A DNA stretch of 64,000 bases from Tubulanus polymorphus (GCF_964204645.1 NC_134033.1:12160655-12224654), one strand, 5' to 3'; shown: positions 22,338 to 36,508, counted from the stretch's first letter. Made by a program: numbers and translations. Notes: generated by a model not told the origin, from the letters alone.

Positions 22338-24729
22338 GTGAGTACGCGTCGTAATCTGTGTCGTCTTAACGGGGCCAATATATACACCATTTGCTTGAAT
22401 GGCGAACCTCCAACCTTCTGTGGCAATCGAGGATTCCACTGATGGCAAGCGAGGATCCACTGAGTTCGCTAGTAGCCACTCAGTCTTCCGCATCCATTTT
22501 TTTCTACTACAGTTAGTGAATGGACTTTTTCCAATGAAAACTACACCAATTTCTCAGTAGAAAAACGAATTTATTGTACATTTGGTTGGTCGTGTGATAA
22601 TCTATGGATTCGGGAACCTAAAAAATATTCAGTTCAAAGTTAATTGAAAATGAACTAATTTTGACAACATATAACTGAACGCTCGTCTGGCGGTATAGCT
22701 GGTGGTGCGGTTTCTCAGTGTTGTTTTTGTGTGTATGTATGATCGCTTGTCGTGTGTCGGGTATGTCGTAGTCAGTTGCTGAAAAGTTGGGTCAAGTTCA
22801 TCACTATACGCTAACCATATAGCGCATGCTCCAACCAACTTTGGTGCGTCTGACGTCTGTTTTTCACCTGGTTTCCTCGGCCAAGTGGCTAGACTGTTGG
22901 CATCGGTGGGATTGGCTGTTGCACTCACTTCCAGTGCTGAGTGACAACCCCTGATCGAGTCCTGCTTGCTACCTACAGTGGTCCTGTCGTAGGTTGAGTT
23001 TTAAGAATATAAGGTTGAAGGCGCGCGCTGTTGTGTCAGTATACACGAACAAGCTAAGTTCCTCACCGGTGCTGTACTTATTCGATGCGACATGTTTACA
23101 CAACTCAAGCTGTGACGAGCCATTTTTATGAGGCTATCATTATCTATTAGTGTTTTTCTCTGTTGATGGTCGTTTCTCTGGTTATCGCGCAGTTATCTGA
23201 TTACACCACTAGAACACAAGCGATGTGATATGTTTTTCTCGGGTGCAGATTGTACGGCATTGCTTTAACTCCCTTGCAACAGTGCGCATTTCCAAACAGG
23301 AGATGTCGCGTCGCTGCCGTTAAGTGGGCGACAGTGACTTCAACGATTCTGTATAAATTGCGATGATAGTGAACTTCTGATTTGCGATGACGACAACGAT
23401 TCAGTAAAATGATGATTATAGTAAATTAACGAGAGAAACGAGAACTCTCACCAGGGCCCGTTATCGTTGTATACTATCTATCACTAGGGGCGGGGAGGGG
23501 GAAGGGGGTTATGGATCTGATTGTCCGCATCAAATCAAAACTTACAAAACAAACAAAGCGTTACGAATTTAAGATGCACGTATTTTATTTGAAGGCATCT
23601 TGATGATACCATCAGATAAACTGACAATTTGACAGCGCTTTGGCCAATGTCTTTACCAATTACACATTCTAGTTGTTCATTATAGGTATTATTTTCTCGC
23701 GTTTTTTACGCATCTCGTGGTCCACTAACTTAACTGTGTTCTCGAGCATGAAACATAAGCTGTATAGAACTTTCAATATATCACATGATATCCAATTTTC
23801 GAAAACAGCTGAATTTGTAAGTACAAAACAATCATAATTTGAATCGATTCTGATGTATACTTCACATTCCGCTTTTTTATCCTGACTCCAGGGTTCAAGT
23901 TTCATAAAACAAATTACTCTTAAATCGCTTGAATTTCTTCATTAATCGAGTATAACGTAAACTGGATTTATGCTTCAATCGTTTAATTGAAACTAGGTCT
24001 AGTGTTAACTGATCATGCCGGTTCGCATTTTGCACATATTATGTACCTATATACCGAATTTCGTGATTTATGTAATAAAAGGAGTGAATTGCGTGCGTCT
24101 ATTGCGAAAAACCGATGCCGAAATGAGTTTTGCAAAATTCACACCCTTAATGCTTAGAGTAGAACTAGTTGTGAAACAGGTTTGTTGTACTTTGATGTCA
24201 GTAACGTGAGTATCAAAAATTTGATGTGCCAGGCAGGCCTAGTTTATTTCTACGAATAAAACTGCCCCGGGTTCAGAGAGAGAACAGACTCTTCTCGGCC
24301 TTCCTGGAAGAATTCTTGACGATCTGTTTTTGCAAAAAAAATGTCACAGTCGATCGATTGTCTGAGATGAGCGAGTATAGACAGCGTATAAACGCTGCGG
24401 AGTAAGTCGATCTCAAAACACGAGTCATCCGCATCTTTTCACGCAAAATGATCGAAGAGTACTTAGTGGTTAGTTTCACAACTACGTCGTATGTGTTGAG
24501 CTTGTAACACCGAGTCGTTCACCGATAAGACACGAAAATTGAATGGCACCTGAAGTCACGTTCTGCGCAAGATTGATATTTATTTCCAATTAAATGCGGC
24601 CGTTGAAAGAAAAGCGATGTTGTATACGGATAACACTAACCCGATCGAGAATGCAAAAGAAAACAGATAATTTGGAAATGCGGAGTCTAGGTCTTTCCAC
24701 TAAATAAGATAATCATAAATGTGACAAAT

Positions 24730-27700
24730 TTATCTGATCTGCTGATTCATTGTGTCGGATAACCACGACCCGAACGCTTGCAGAGCTTCACCGACGTTTC
24801 CAAACGGATTACTGATATCCCACTTTTCGACATCTTTCAGTAACTGCGAGTGAAGACCTTTATCGGCTTCTCGGGCTAACTGACCACATGTGACCGAATC
24901 TATGTTATATCCAACGTCGGAAAACGGGTTTGCTGGGTCCACAATCCACGGTCTGAAAGATTAAGGACAATCATGATTTGCAGTAGAAGTTGATTAATTT
25001 TGTTTTCTTTTTACAGTTAATACAATCCTGTTTATCTAAGTAAGCATGGCCATCGCATTGTACCGAATGATTTAGGTAATACATGTTCGCCAAATAGAGA
25101 TTTAATGTATGTTTGCTTCAGCTAGTAGAATGGTTCAGCAGGGCTGTGCATAGCAAGGGTCAGAGGGTAGACCCCGAAATGTCGAAAAGTACCAATTTTG
25201 CAAATATCATTGTTATATCCAATATAAGAAATCTAATGTAGAATCCTTCACGTGGGACTGACAAGCATTTTTATAAGCCAAAAATAGTTTTTATTATGGC
25301 ATATTTAAGAAGAATCATTATATCGATTTTTTTGTTTTAGGTAAATCCCTTTTTTGGGTTTCTCTACCCCCTCACATCCTTATGCACGGTAAGGCCCTGG
25401 AATGTATCTACACATGACGTAGATTCATCTAACGCGTAATCGAGATGATTAGTAGATACATTCATCCATGACTGAGTAGATCCATTCATCCATCTATCCA
25501 CCTATCCACATATCTGGCACTAAGGTCCTCAGTGATGACTGTTAGTAGACCTAGTATTCTAAATCAGTTAATTAATAATTAACAATTACCTGCCAGGCCG
25601 CGGTTCACAGCACGGTCGGTCGTAGTTAACAGTCCATTTTATCCTAATGGACCCCAGATCCGTAAGTCGTTGTAACACGGTACGGAGTCCGACTCTGAGG
25701 TCAAAGCTCCGAGGACTTCCTGCTCTCTCCCACGTATCTATAACCAATAACTCGTAAAAGTATGATGGCGGTCCTTTCTTGAAAATAGAAATAAGATGAT
25801 TCGTTGTAAAATTCAAAACACACATGCTTAAACTAAGTATAAATGTTGATTGGGACGCTGCAATTTCGTAGTGATAGTTGTCATCGTCAAATTTGTGTGA
25901 TCATTATACTAAAATCGGTACTAGAAAATGTCGGTAGGGGGTGAAACTTCGTACGGGATGTAACGATGAAACTTAAATAATTCGATTCAATTTCCTCATA
26001 AATTAAATTCATCTTAACTCGATTAAAGAGTGAATCCAGTTACACCTAACTCGATTTAAGCGAAACTGAATAAAGATAATCTGGATTTATTTAGAAATAT
26101 TTTGATTTAACTAGGGGTCCAGGGACACCATGCCCACTTGGAAAGTGGTTCCAAATGCTCAACAATCTAACAATTTCAATATTCAACGCCCCCTGGTGAC
26201 CATATACAGAATCCAATAACCTTGAAACTCACCACAATCATAGAACATGTCAGCAGCTACGATTTTGTTATTGATTGTGATAACAAAATAATCCTCGTTA
26301 CCGCTATAATATGGAAATACTAAGTTATTCTACTATTCAATGCCCCCTGGTCACCATATTCAAAACCCAATGACCTTGAAACTCACCACAATCATAGAAC
26401 ATGTCACGAACTATAACTTTGTAATTGATCATGGTAACAAATTATGCCTAGGTACCAATATAATAAGGAAATAATAAGTTATTCTACTATTCAACGCCCC
26501 CTGGTGACCATATAGAATAACTAATGGCCTTAAAACTTGCCACAATCATAGATGATGTCATGAGCTACAACTTTGCAATTGATTGTGGTTACAAAATATG
26601 CATTGATACGAATATAATATAGAAATACTAAGATATTGTATTATTCAACGCCCCCTGGTGGCCATATGAAAAAACCAATAACCTTGAAACTCACCACAAT
26701 CATAGAACACGTTATGAGCTACAACTTTCTAAATGATTGTGGTAGCAAAATACGCTAAGGTATCAATATAATGTGGAAAAAACTTTTTCCCACTTACGAA
26801 CGAGTACTGCTGACACCAAGATGGCCGCCAATTGCGTCATAATTGGCTGATGAAAATACCTGTCTCAGGTATAAAACATCCCTTTCCAAAGAATACCCAT
26901 CACAAATTGCAATGAGAAATGATAAACCAGTAGGAAGCTACAGGACTCAGAATTTGGGCCAAAATTAACATTTTTGGGCACTAAAAAGGTCATAGGACGG
27001 CCATCTTGAGTCCGATCGACCCAATTTTTGTTATGCCCAATTTTTGTTATGCTGATGGGCCCTGGGGGAATTCACATATATCGAAAGATCAAGGTAATTG
27101 ATCAAAGCGTCTTCAAAATTTCCCTCAAAAAGTTCAAAAATGTGTAAAAAGTGCTGATTTTGGCGAACAACAATGGCTGCCAGTCGGCCATCTTGAATCT
27201 GACAGGGTCAGTTTTAGGCTGAAGACGTGTCTAGGGTAGATACATGCGTAACCCAAATATCAAGACATTACCTTGAAGCGTCTTCAAAACTTCCCAAAAT
27301 AACTGGATTCCGTCTACGGACGGACGGACGACGGACGAAAAGTGAACGCAATAGCCCGCTGGGACTAAAGTCCCAAGTGGGCTAAAAATTAAACTTTTCA
27401 TGAAATCGGGGCCAGAAGTGAATAAGTAGTGTACATATGCTACGCAATCAAGGAACAACGATTGGGTGCTCAGATCGTAGGAACAGCAAGCCGTGCACTA
27501 ATCTGCTGAATATCTTAAAAGAAACATCAAGGTTCAAATCTAGACTATTTTGTGATTGAAAGTGTTGATATTAGAGAAAACCTGGGTTCAGACGGTATGT
27601 TCTACTACCGATCCCTATTCAAACGTACTTTATCATTTACCTAGAATTTAGAAATCTAACCTGGAAAGAACTTCTTGTTTTTGACCAGTATTTCACTGTT

Positions 27701-28758
27701 CGTATCAGACTTTTTACGATCGTAGGTTGTTTCTTAACGAATTCTAGCTGTAACGGGGCAAGTGGTGCAGAATAGAATTCCCTCGACCTACCATCGATAT
27801 TCCGCATTTTATCATAGATACGTGCCTCTAAAAATGATAGAATAAATCCATGCTTTTATTAATTCTCTGTCAACTCTCTGTTGATTTTACTGATCTAACT
27901 GTGGATTTTACTGATCAACACGTATATCGATTATGATAGACACGCTTACTATCAGGATAGTGTTTCAAGATATCGTAAGAGGGCAGAAGGTCAACTTCGT
28001 GGAACTCGTCATCACAGCGTTCCCGGAGTTTCAGGTTTATCAGGTATGAATCCCGACGAATCAATTTCAATTTGCCCTCTCTGTTCCACTTATGGCCGGC
28101 CAGAATATCCCATATCTTATCGATGCACTCTTTAATTTTGAATTGTATATTGTCCATGCCGCGGAAATTGTTAATATACATCACACAGTCGATATCGGCC
28201 TTGCCAATAACGGCTGTACCTTTACCTAACGATCCGGACTAGAATTAGAAAAAAAGACACGTACACGCAACATATCAACAAAATGCACTAAAGATATCAC
28301 ATTCACCATATCCAGCCAGCTGCTAAACAATGATTGTAAGTCACAAAAACAGTCCTACGAACTGAAAGTAACTGATAAGGCCGGCGTTAGAGTCGAAGAC
28401 TAGAATGCCGATAGCGCCCAAATCAAAACGCTAAAAAGCCTCTGCTTTGTGTTTTCCGCAGTGCGTGTTTCTCCGAAGACAAAACATTGCCATGTGCGTA
28501 CGACTTACATTTTTTTCTAATGACATGCGTTTAATTCGTTTTCATTTTTTTATTTTCATTCAGACAAAATAGTGTTTTTACCTTAACAACTTCGCTGACG
28601 TCGAATGGCACATTTTCGGAATGAAGATACCTAATCAACGTGTCCAGAGCTCGTCTAAAACCCGCGTGGTATCTTTCCGTAGGTTGGATAGAATCAGCTT
28701 GAAATGCGTTCATCTCTGAATTGCACGTATCATAAAGACTATTAACACGTATGTTCAT
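24730..28758 (-). CDS. OAS: 2'-5'-oligoadenylate synthetase, copy A (5 exons, 347 aa)
   Basis: Exons 28758-28582, 28238-27950, 27827-27661, 25777-25590, 24952-24730, all GT-AG and in phase. SGSLGKGTA P-loop, ADIDCV, EVDLLP, KSLIRTVKYW, PPSYFYELL, IVDPANP. Confidence 0.93.
26109..27383. mobile_element. Helentron-associated non-autonomous element (HINE/DINE-like) with internal ~154-bp tandem repeats, in OAS-A intron 3
   Basis: Absent from the paralogous OAS-B intron (~39476, an A-run). Four TATTCAACGCCCCCTGGTGACCAT-type units at ~26181, 26334, 26488, 26642; (GGAC)n tract; terminal stem-loop AGCCCGCTGGGACT..AGTCCCAAGTGGGCT. Confidence 0.75.
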
Positions 28759-29320
28759 TGAACTGAAGCCAGTTGTACAAAATTTGCTATAGAAAATCAT
28801 TGGATATACAGATATGAAATTATTCTGACCTACCACTTCGAGACAATTTCATTTCATGAAATCACGTTCTTCTTGTTCATCATTTCTATACGGATATGCG
28901 TGAAACAGAATAACAAAAAGTCGACTTTACACTCAAATGTTAACATAGATCTATAATCGAAGAAGTCCCACTGTTACAATTTGATTGATCGATTTTCGGT
29001 TGCTAGTAAAATGGCGGATGTAGACTTCTCTCGTATTTGAATCACAGGGACTAATTGTCATTGTTGAAAGTGAATGAATAAAACCAGTACCGTCACATGT
29101 ATCAATGACCAAATCCAGATGTATCTTCTTTATTTACGGGTATACTGGAATTGGTCATTGAAATTGGTTTTGTATGGTAATTGATACTGGTTTCGTACGT
29201 CAGGTCCATGTGGTTTGGATTCTTCAGGATCTTGGTTGAGTCTATAAAACCACCACTCGAATGGTTTTACTCAAACCGTTAACGTTTTCGACAAAACAAA
29301 TGTGCAAAACCGGTATTTTT

Positions 29321-29744
29321 TAGTAAACGAAGTGGATATTTAACCGTATACGGCAAAGTGTTTACTTCCGCTATTTTACCGTACATAATTGCTATATATC
29401 ATAGTATAAACTAATAAAAGTAACTATAAAATCATTTTATTCGGTTTAGGGTCTAAAGGACTCAAAGGGTTAGGTTTAGAGATAGAGGTTAGGGTCCGTT
29501 TTGCCCCTAGGGATGGGTGAGGGTAAGGTTGGGCGCTATAAGTAGTTAAAACATTCGGTAGGTTTTCAGCGAGCTCGGTGGTCTGGTAGCATGACGCAGC
29601 GCTAGTAATTTACTGGCCCGGGTTTGAGTCTCGCTCTAAGCCCCTCTATTTTCTCATACTCCACACTAGAATTTCGGGAAAAAATAGCCGAAGTAAACAA
29701 AAACACTCTGCCGTATACGGTAAAATATCCACTGCGTTTTAGTA
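29321..29744. mobile_element. MITE with ~60-bp TIRs enclosing GGTTAG-like repeats and a tRNA-derived segment
   Basis: AGTGGATATTTAACCGTATACGGCAAAGTGTTT (29331) is inverted at 29701-29733; paralogue at 41544-41967. Confidence 0.7.
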
Positions 29745-31094
29745 CACCAAATCAGTTGTCTAAACTTCGGCTTGCGACTTTTTTACCTTCCATTTAAGTA
29801 GTAGCGAAAAACTTCAATTCCAATTCCTACGGCCGCAGCTATTGCGACTCTCGTTGCTGTATCCATATTACACTGTAAATATATGGTCCAGGTCATTACC
29901 TCGTTAGAATATGATCCAAGGCATTTCTATAATATAACATACAAACCGTTCATTATTTGATGGTTGAGATCTTATGCAACAAAGTCGAATGAATGTAGTG
30001 ACAGTCCAATAGGTAAATGCGCGTTTACATCTCTGGGAGTAAGATCGTGACGTCATCGTGACGAAGTGACAAACAAAATGGCGGATATTTCAGGGAATGA
30101 GCGTAGTTCAAGAGGGCCTTCTTCAGTAATTTGAAGTTTAATATAGGATGGACAGTACCGGTACATACATAGAGTCTGCGCGTTCAGAGAGGCAGCGATC
30201 TATCTGAGTTCAACATTTTGTTTAGAAGCTGTTTTAGTTGTCGAATCTGATTGAAGATGTATTTTATGTTCGAAAAAAGTGGAAGATTTGTAATAATAAT
30301 CAAAAGAATAACAATTAGAAATAACAACCCTAAATATAAGCTTAACCGAGTTAGGCAGAGTCTATCAATCCAAAAAGGATGACAAAAATCTAACTTAGGC
30401 AAAAGCAACGTCGTGGTAGGCCACGCTGTTAAGATGTTGTGCAAAGCCTATTGTGGTATTGGGTTTTAAAATAACATTTATATAATATAGCTGCAAAGCA
30501 GCGATGACGGGTTTTCTGTAAAGCCATTCAGAATGATGGGAATTGTAGTAAATTGAAATATCGATACATAGAATAAAATGCATTGACAGATTCGAACCTA
30601 ATATGCAACCACTGTGTAAACGTCAAATATGATTCAGCTTTGAAACCGAACATACGTGGACGTACAATCACAAATATTAATATATTTGACCAGGCACTTA
30701 TTTTGGCATTCAAACATCATGATACTGTATTATCACCATCCTTAAAAATGGATCTGTCCTATTAAGAACTCATCTTAAGCACCTGCTGAGCCGATAGATT
30801 GAGTGAATTCACAGATAAGAACGTATTATGATTTAGAATAGATTAGATTTAAGAAGTTAATGTTTTTATTGAAATATTTGAATAAATACATATATCGTAG
30901 TGTAGATTCAATCAATAAATTATGAATTGATTTGGTCTGGATTTCCGGCTGATGTTGATTTTGGCTTTTATGGATTACAAATTCTACAGTGATAAACAAT
31001 TGATACCTGCAACATGTGTGTAAATCAAACCTATTCCACTAGTTGCGTGTGTTTCCTAATAAACGGGAGAGTCACTCTTGATCTGAGTTATTAG

Positions 31095-31648
31095 AACTAG
31101 GGGTCCAGGGACACCATGCCCACTTGGGAAGTGGTTCCAAATGCTCAACAATCTAACAATTCAGGTATCAAAGGTATAAAACATCCCTTTTCAAAGAATA
31201 CCCATCACAAATTGCAATGAGAAATGGCAAACTCAGAATTCGGGCCAAAATTGACATTTTTGGGTACTAAAAAGGTCATAGGACGGCCATCTTGAGTCCG
31301 TATCCCAATTTTTGTTATGCTGATGGGCCCAGGGGCATTCACATATATCCGAAAGATCAAGGTAATTGATCAAAGCATCTTCAAAATTTCCCTCAAAAAG
31401 TTCAAAAATGTGTAAAAAGTGTTGATTTTGGCGAACAACAATGGCTGCCAGTCGGCCTTCTTGATTCTGACAGGGCCAGTTTTTGAGCTGAAGATGTGTC
31501 TAGGGTAGATACATGTGAAACCCAAATATCAAGACATTACATTGAAGCGTCTTCAAAACTTCCTAAAATAACTGATTTCCGTCTATGGACGGACGACCGA
31601 CGAAAAGTGAACGCAATAGCCCGCTGGGACTAAAGTCCCAAGTGGGCT
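31095..31648. mobile_element. Shorter copy of the HINE-like element lacking the internal tandem array
   Basis: Same termini as 26109-27383 (AACTAGGGGTCCAGGGACACC...AAGTGGGCT). Confidence 0.75.
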
Positions 31649-32129
31649 AAAAATAATGTTCATTTAGTCATAGAAATTCATTGCCTTTTTGGAGTTTCTG
31701 TAATAATATTTGTTCTGCCCTAATTTTTATTACTGTATGAACCAATGATATGCTTTGTAAATATGATGTAATAAAATAAATTTGAATTAAATTTGAACAT
31801 GAGAATCAAGCATAACTTGTGTTTTTTCACTTGTCTTACTTGTCTTTTGTTAACAGTTCCAGAGTTTCAATTATTATCAAATCCAGATTGGCTAAAAAGT
31901 ACATAGGACTAAATGAAATGAATGGTTAGTTACTGCAAACCTATTCCAGTGTTATGTCGATTGTGTTGAATCACTTTCCTTGAGTTGAAAGAATCAGATC
32001 TTCTATGGTACAACATCGGTCGAAGAGAGATATCTTATATTAAATTATAATGGCACCAGTTATAGTAACATCACTGTAGGGCCGACGAGAGGGAAAAAGT
32101 TGTGTTTGTAGTACATAGGCATGGTAGGT

Positions 32130-32916
32130 ATAAAACAAAGGTGTAAGAAGGAGCTTTACAGCAACTTTTTCTCAAACCGAGTTGTGAATAAATGGAACAG
32201 CCTGAACGAAAACATAGTCACTGCTCCATCAATAAACTGCTTTAAAAGTAGACTCGATAAATTCTGGGAAGACCAGAAATATCTTATCTCGTAAAATAAA
32301 TTTTTGTCAATTCAAATGATATGTCACAAATTATAATAATCAATTGTTTATTATTAAAATTTACCTGTATTTTAATTTTTGTTAATCTTAATCTAATCTT
32401 TAAAACTAACTTTACAACTAACTGAACTAACATCATATTGATTGTTCTTTGGTAAATCTGCGGAATGGAGCTCCTGGTCTTACAATGTCGGCGGGAATCA
32501 TCCTGGTACCTCCATAGAGGTTGCCGATACGTTCACCTTGGGCCACACGCACTTCCTTTACCTTTTTCAGAATAACACTAACAACACTCGTATTTATGAA
32601 CCGAATAAAACCTTCTCCTTGTAGCAAATTCTACAAAATGGCTAGAAATCAAGCGTGTATGGCTTATCAAATGAACTACGCCAAAATCATGACTGATCAG
32701 ATTTTTTTTATAAAATTCAACCAATCAACTCTATAAACAATTTAATCTTTTAGTAATGAATAAATATACCAATTATTTTTAATGAAAGATTACTAAGTGA
32801 GAGAGCTTTTTATGGAAACCCTGTCACCTAACCTATACTAATCAACAAACGAGCCGGACACCAATAGGCCGCCACCAGGCCTCCTTCCGTCCGTGAATTT
32901 GATGATGATGATGATG
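32130..32916 (+). mobile_element. 3' fragment of a CR1-like LINE
   Basis: Encodes ...NFFSNRVVNKWNSLNENIVTAPSINCFKSRLDKFW (typical CR1 ORF2 C-terminus); (GAT)n tail at ~32900. Confidence 0.6.
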
Positions 32917-32944
32917 TAGGCTTGTCGTACTCACTTAATACTTA

Positions 32945-33530
32945 AAACGCTGTTGTTACCTGTACGTGACTGTACGGTGATTTCTACAGGTTAGCCATAT
33001 GTGAGTACGTTGACGCTCAGACTTGCAATATTGGGATTCAAAACCAAACGAAAAAAAAATCCAGTAGTAGTCCAGTGATTTACCCACTGTGCCACAGAAC
33101 GTAACTGGTGGGTGGATGAAATTTGATTTACAAATAGCCTAGCCTCACCTAACCCAAACTCTATTCTTTTACGCATGCGCGTTTGCAGATTATAGGAACT
33201 CACGTACAGCGTTTTTAGGGAACTCACGTACGGTTAACCTGTGGATATCACCGTACAGTCACGTATGCGTTACAATTTCGTACTTAAAATGGTATTGGCT
33301 ACTAGGAACTCACGTACGGCGTAAGTAGGGAACTCACGTACGGTTAACCTGTGGATATCACCGTACAGTCACGTACGCGTTACAGTTTCGTACTTAAAAT
33401 GGTATTGGCTACTAGGAACTCACGATTGGCATTATAGACTTAGTAGGGACCTCACGTACGCGGTTAACCTGTGGAGATCACCGTACAGTCACGCGCGGTT
33501 AACAACTACGTACTTAAAATGGCATTGGCT
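32945..33530. repeat. Non-autonomous element with three 110-bp tandem units and an inverted partial unit
   Basis: AGGAACTCACG at 33194, 33304, 33414; GTGACTGTACGGTGAT (~32967) is the reverse complement of ATCACCGTACAGTCAC within each unit. Confidence 0.7.
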
Positions 33531-35620
33531 TCTATATAATAGGCCTATAGACAAATAAATACCGGTAGGCTTTCTTATAATCTTAGCTTCCACACTTCAC
33601 AACCGAACCAACTGACCAACCAGTATATTTAGTCCCAGTACGCACCAACCGGCACAGGCCTAACACTGTTTGTCAACTGTGTGTACCGTTGTAGGCTATC
33701 GATAATCACCTGATACTTTTCTGTCGTTTGTTTTCTCTCTGAGACGAAGACGAACGGGCATCAGACCACAATTAGGTTAGTAGCTCGAAGATGCGTAGGG
33801 CCGGACCCCAAAAATAGTACCTAGAGTGAAGAAGAGGTCCCCTATAAATGTTGCCATAATTTCTGCAAATGGGATAGGTAACGAATTTCGGTTATATGTA
33901 TGAAATCCATTGATCCTGAGAGACAGCTTGATGATGAAATAAGGGATTCCCTGGACTTTTTTTTGCTTGGAGTAAGGGTACCAAACACGGTGGGGGATTC
34001 CCTTAGATATTTGGCTCGGATGTACTGGCATACCTGTACTGGGATACCCCTCCTTTCTAAAGGTTTGATTATTTCAAAAGTTAGGTTGGGTATGTGGGGC
34101 GAAAACCACTTCAATGCGTAGCTAAGATGCTGGCCTATGAGCCATAAGCAGGATTTCCCCTGAATTTACGCGCTTATATATGAACTAAACTCTCGAATTT
34201 CTTGTTTTTACTATAGGATATAGAAGATTTTGGAATAGTGGTCTGAGCTCAACGTAATTCTAGTAGCCTTCCGCGACTCAACGACCTTGATTTAAACTTG
34301 ATCAATTCAAAGTCTGTTTATTGACGCTTTTGGTTACATGAACTGATCAGCAATATACTTAAATAAAATAACCGGAATAACAAGAAATCAAAAATATTAA
34401 AGAGGTAACAAACAAATGCCCGTAAACCTGTCAGACACGCGAACGCCGGACTCGTAAACTCTTGGACTCGGACCCGCTGAGCAATAAATTCATAAAATTG
34501 ACTTTGAAATTGATTGTGGAGAAGAGAGGGAATAATTCGATAGCTCTTCCTCGAAAAGAAGAGAGAAATATCGGTAAGAAAACACAACATGGCTACTAAT
34601 TGAATGGAGCCAAATTTCCGATGTTTACGGCTCGACAGTGCCTTTATAACGTGGATTTATCAAAATTCCCATGCAGTATCTGGAGATTGAAGTGAGCTGA
34701 AGGACATCATACGGATTGTATCGGCGACAGCGGTAAGGTAAGGAAGCCTTTACACTTTTAACAAAAACTATGTGGAAAAGGGAAAAAAAAAATAATAATA
34801 ATCACGCGAATTTCAATAGGGTTTTCTGTGAAGAAACAGAAAACCCTAATAATCACGCGAATTTCAATAGGGTTTTCTGTGAAGAAACAGAAAACCCTAA
34901 TTAGGAAAACTCTCCTCTGATACCTTTAACGAAAAGCCAAAAAGAACATTTACCGGTAATACAACGTTCCTGTGGTGACAATTATGTATCCGGTGCCTCA
35001 CCAGGCCTTGGAAATAACATATACCAGGTAAGGTTAGCCTGCGCCTGAACACTCGACACTCAATACAAAGATCGTTCTCTCTGCCTACCAATGGCGTCTC
35101 TTATCAAATACCGGGTAATGGGGAATTTAGAATACGTGGAATAGAATACGAGGTTCGCAACAACGTAGAGAATACGACGTACATACATTGTGTCAGTTAA
35201 CACCAACCTTCGTCAATTAACACCAAATTCCATGAATAATATCTGCAGCTTTTTGTTTTCAATAATAAACTGATGATGATTAAATGGTTTAATTACACTC
35301 TAGAGGAGAATTAAATTTTGTAATTAACTTAATTAAAATTAATTACGTTTTGTGAAACACCAAACTTGATTTAATCATGATGATTCAATCATGATTAGCG
35401 ATTTAATCATAATTAAGGGTTTATTACGCTTTGTGAAACCGGATCCAGGGGTTTTGTCAGCACGACCACCAAATACGACACCAAGTATTGAATTAATTGA
35501 TTTTGTCCATAGATATGATAGATTTCTGTCAGTAGAGTACATATATATGGGGTTATAGGGTTAAAAAGTGCTAATCACTGCTCGGAAATAAACCCCATTT
35601 ACGAGGATTTTATTTTCCTG

Positions 35621-36508
35621 GGGCCGGTTTCACAAAGCATAATTAACTTTATTTATAATTAGGACCTAAATCATGATTAAATTTCCTTAATCATGATTAG
35701 TTAATTACGATTAAAATTCGGTTTCACGAAAGGGTTTAATTACAAAATTAACTAATTACATAATTAGGCAACTTGATTACAATTTAACTGTATCAAAATG
35801 GCGGAACTTTAGACAGCCATTTGCTGTCCAAGCATCAACAACCTTCCTTGTTTAGAGGAAAAGAGAAATTCACTCCTTTGGGAGTTAAAGATTGCTCTGA
35901 AAGGTCTCAGGAACCAGTGGAAAAACTTAGCAAGATGTCTCAGAAGTTTTTAAATAGAAACTCACCTCCAGTCAGCAAAATTAAATCCTCGTAAATGGGG
36001 TTTTTTTCGAGCAGTGATTAGCACTTTTTAACACTAACTCCATAGATATGTACTCTACTGACGGAAATCTATCATATGTATGGACAAAATCAATTAATTC
36101 AATACTTCTAAGTATGTGGTGGTCGTGCTGACAAAAACATAGGACGTTTGAAAAAAAATCAATAGAATTTAGAGTATTGACATGCCTTTTTTACAAAAGG
36201 CAAAAAATCCAAATTATTTGAGCCAAACAATCTGAAGAACTAAATAAGTGTAGGAATTGCCGTCGTCAATTAATAAACACCAAATTCCATGAATAATATC
36301 TGCAGCTTTTTGTTTTTAATAATAAACTAATGATGATTATAAGGTTTAATTACACTCTAGAGGGGAATTAAATTTTGTAATTAACTTAATTATAATTAAA
36401 GTTAATTACGTTTTGTGAAACACCTAACTTGATTAAATCATGATAATTTAATCATGATTAGTGATTTAATCATAATTAAGGGTTAATTACGCTCTGTGAA
36501 ACCGGCCC
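35621..36508. mobile_element. PIF/Harbinger-like MITE (TIR GGGCCGGTTTCACA) with 3-bp CTG target duplication, nested in a related element (~35200-36881)
   Basis: CTG at 35618-20 and 36509-11; empty site TTTTCCTGACT at ~46725. Confidence 0.8.

Noticed and set aside
21622-22493. Minus-strand ORFs over the guanylyl cyclase exon, and similar antisense ORFs over Polinton, transposase and LINE genes
   Set aside because: Shadow frames of real coding sequence with no recognisable motifs.
28840-29180. IRF/NF-kB sites upstream of OAS (e.g. GAAAGTGAAT at ~29066)
   Set aside because: Imperfect, and altered in the paralogue (GATAGTGAAT); not distinguishable from chance.
33194-33530. CRISPR-like array (also 26181-26760)
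   Set aside because: Whole units repeat with no unique spacers, no cas genes, eukaryotic context.
33777-34121. Cluster of short overlapping ORFs
   Set aside because: No recognisable domain or splice pattern; probably a fragment of an unclassified repeat.
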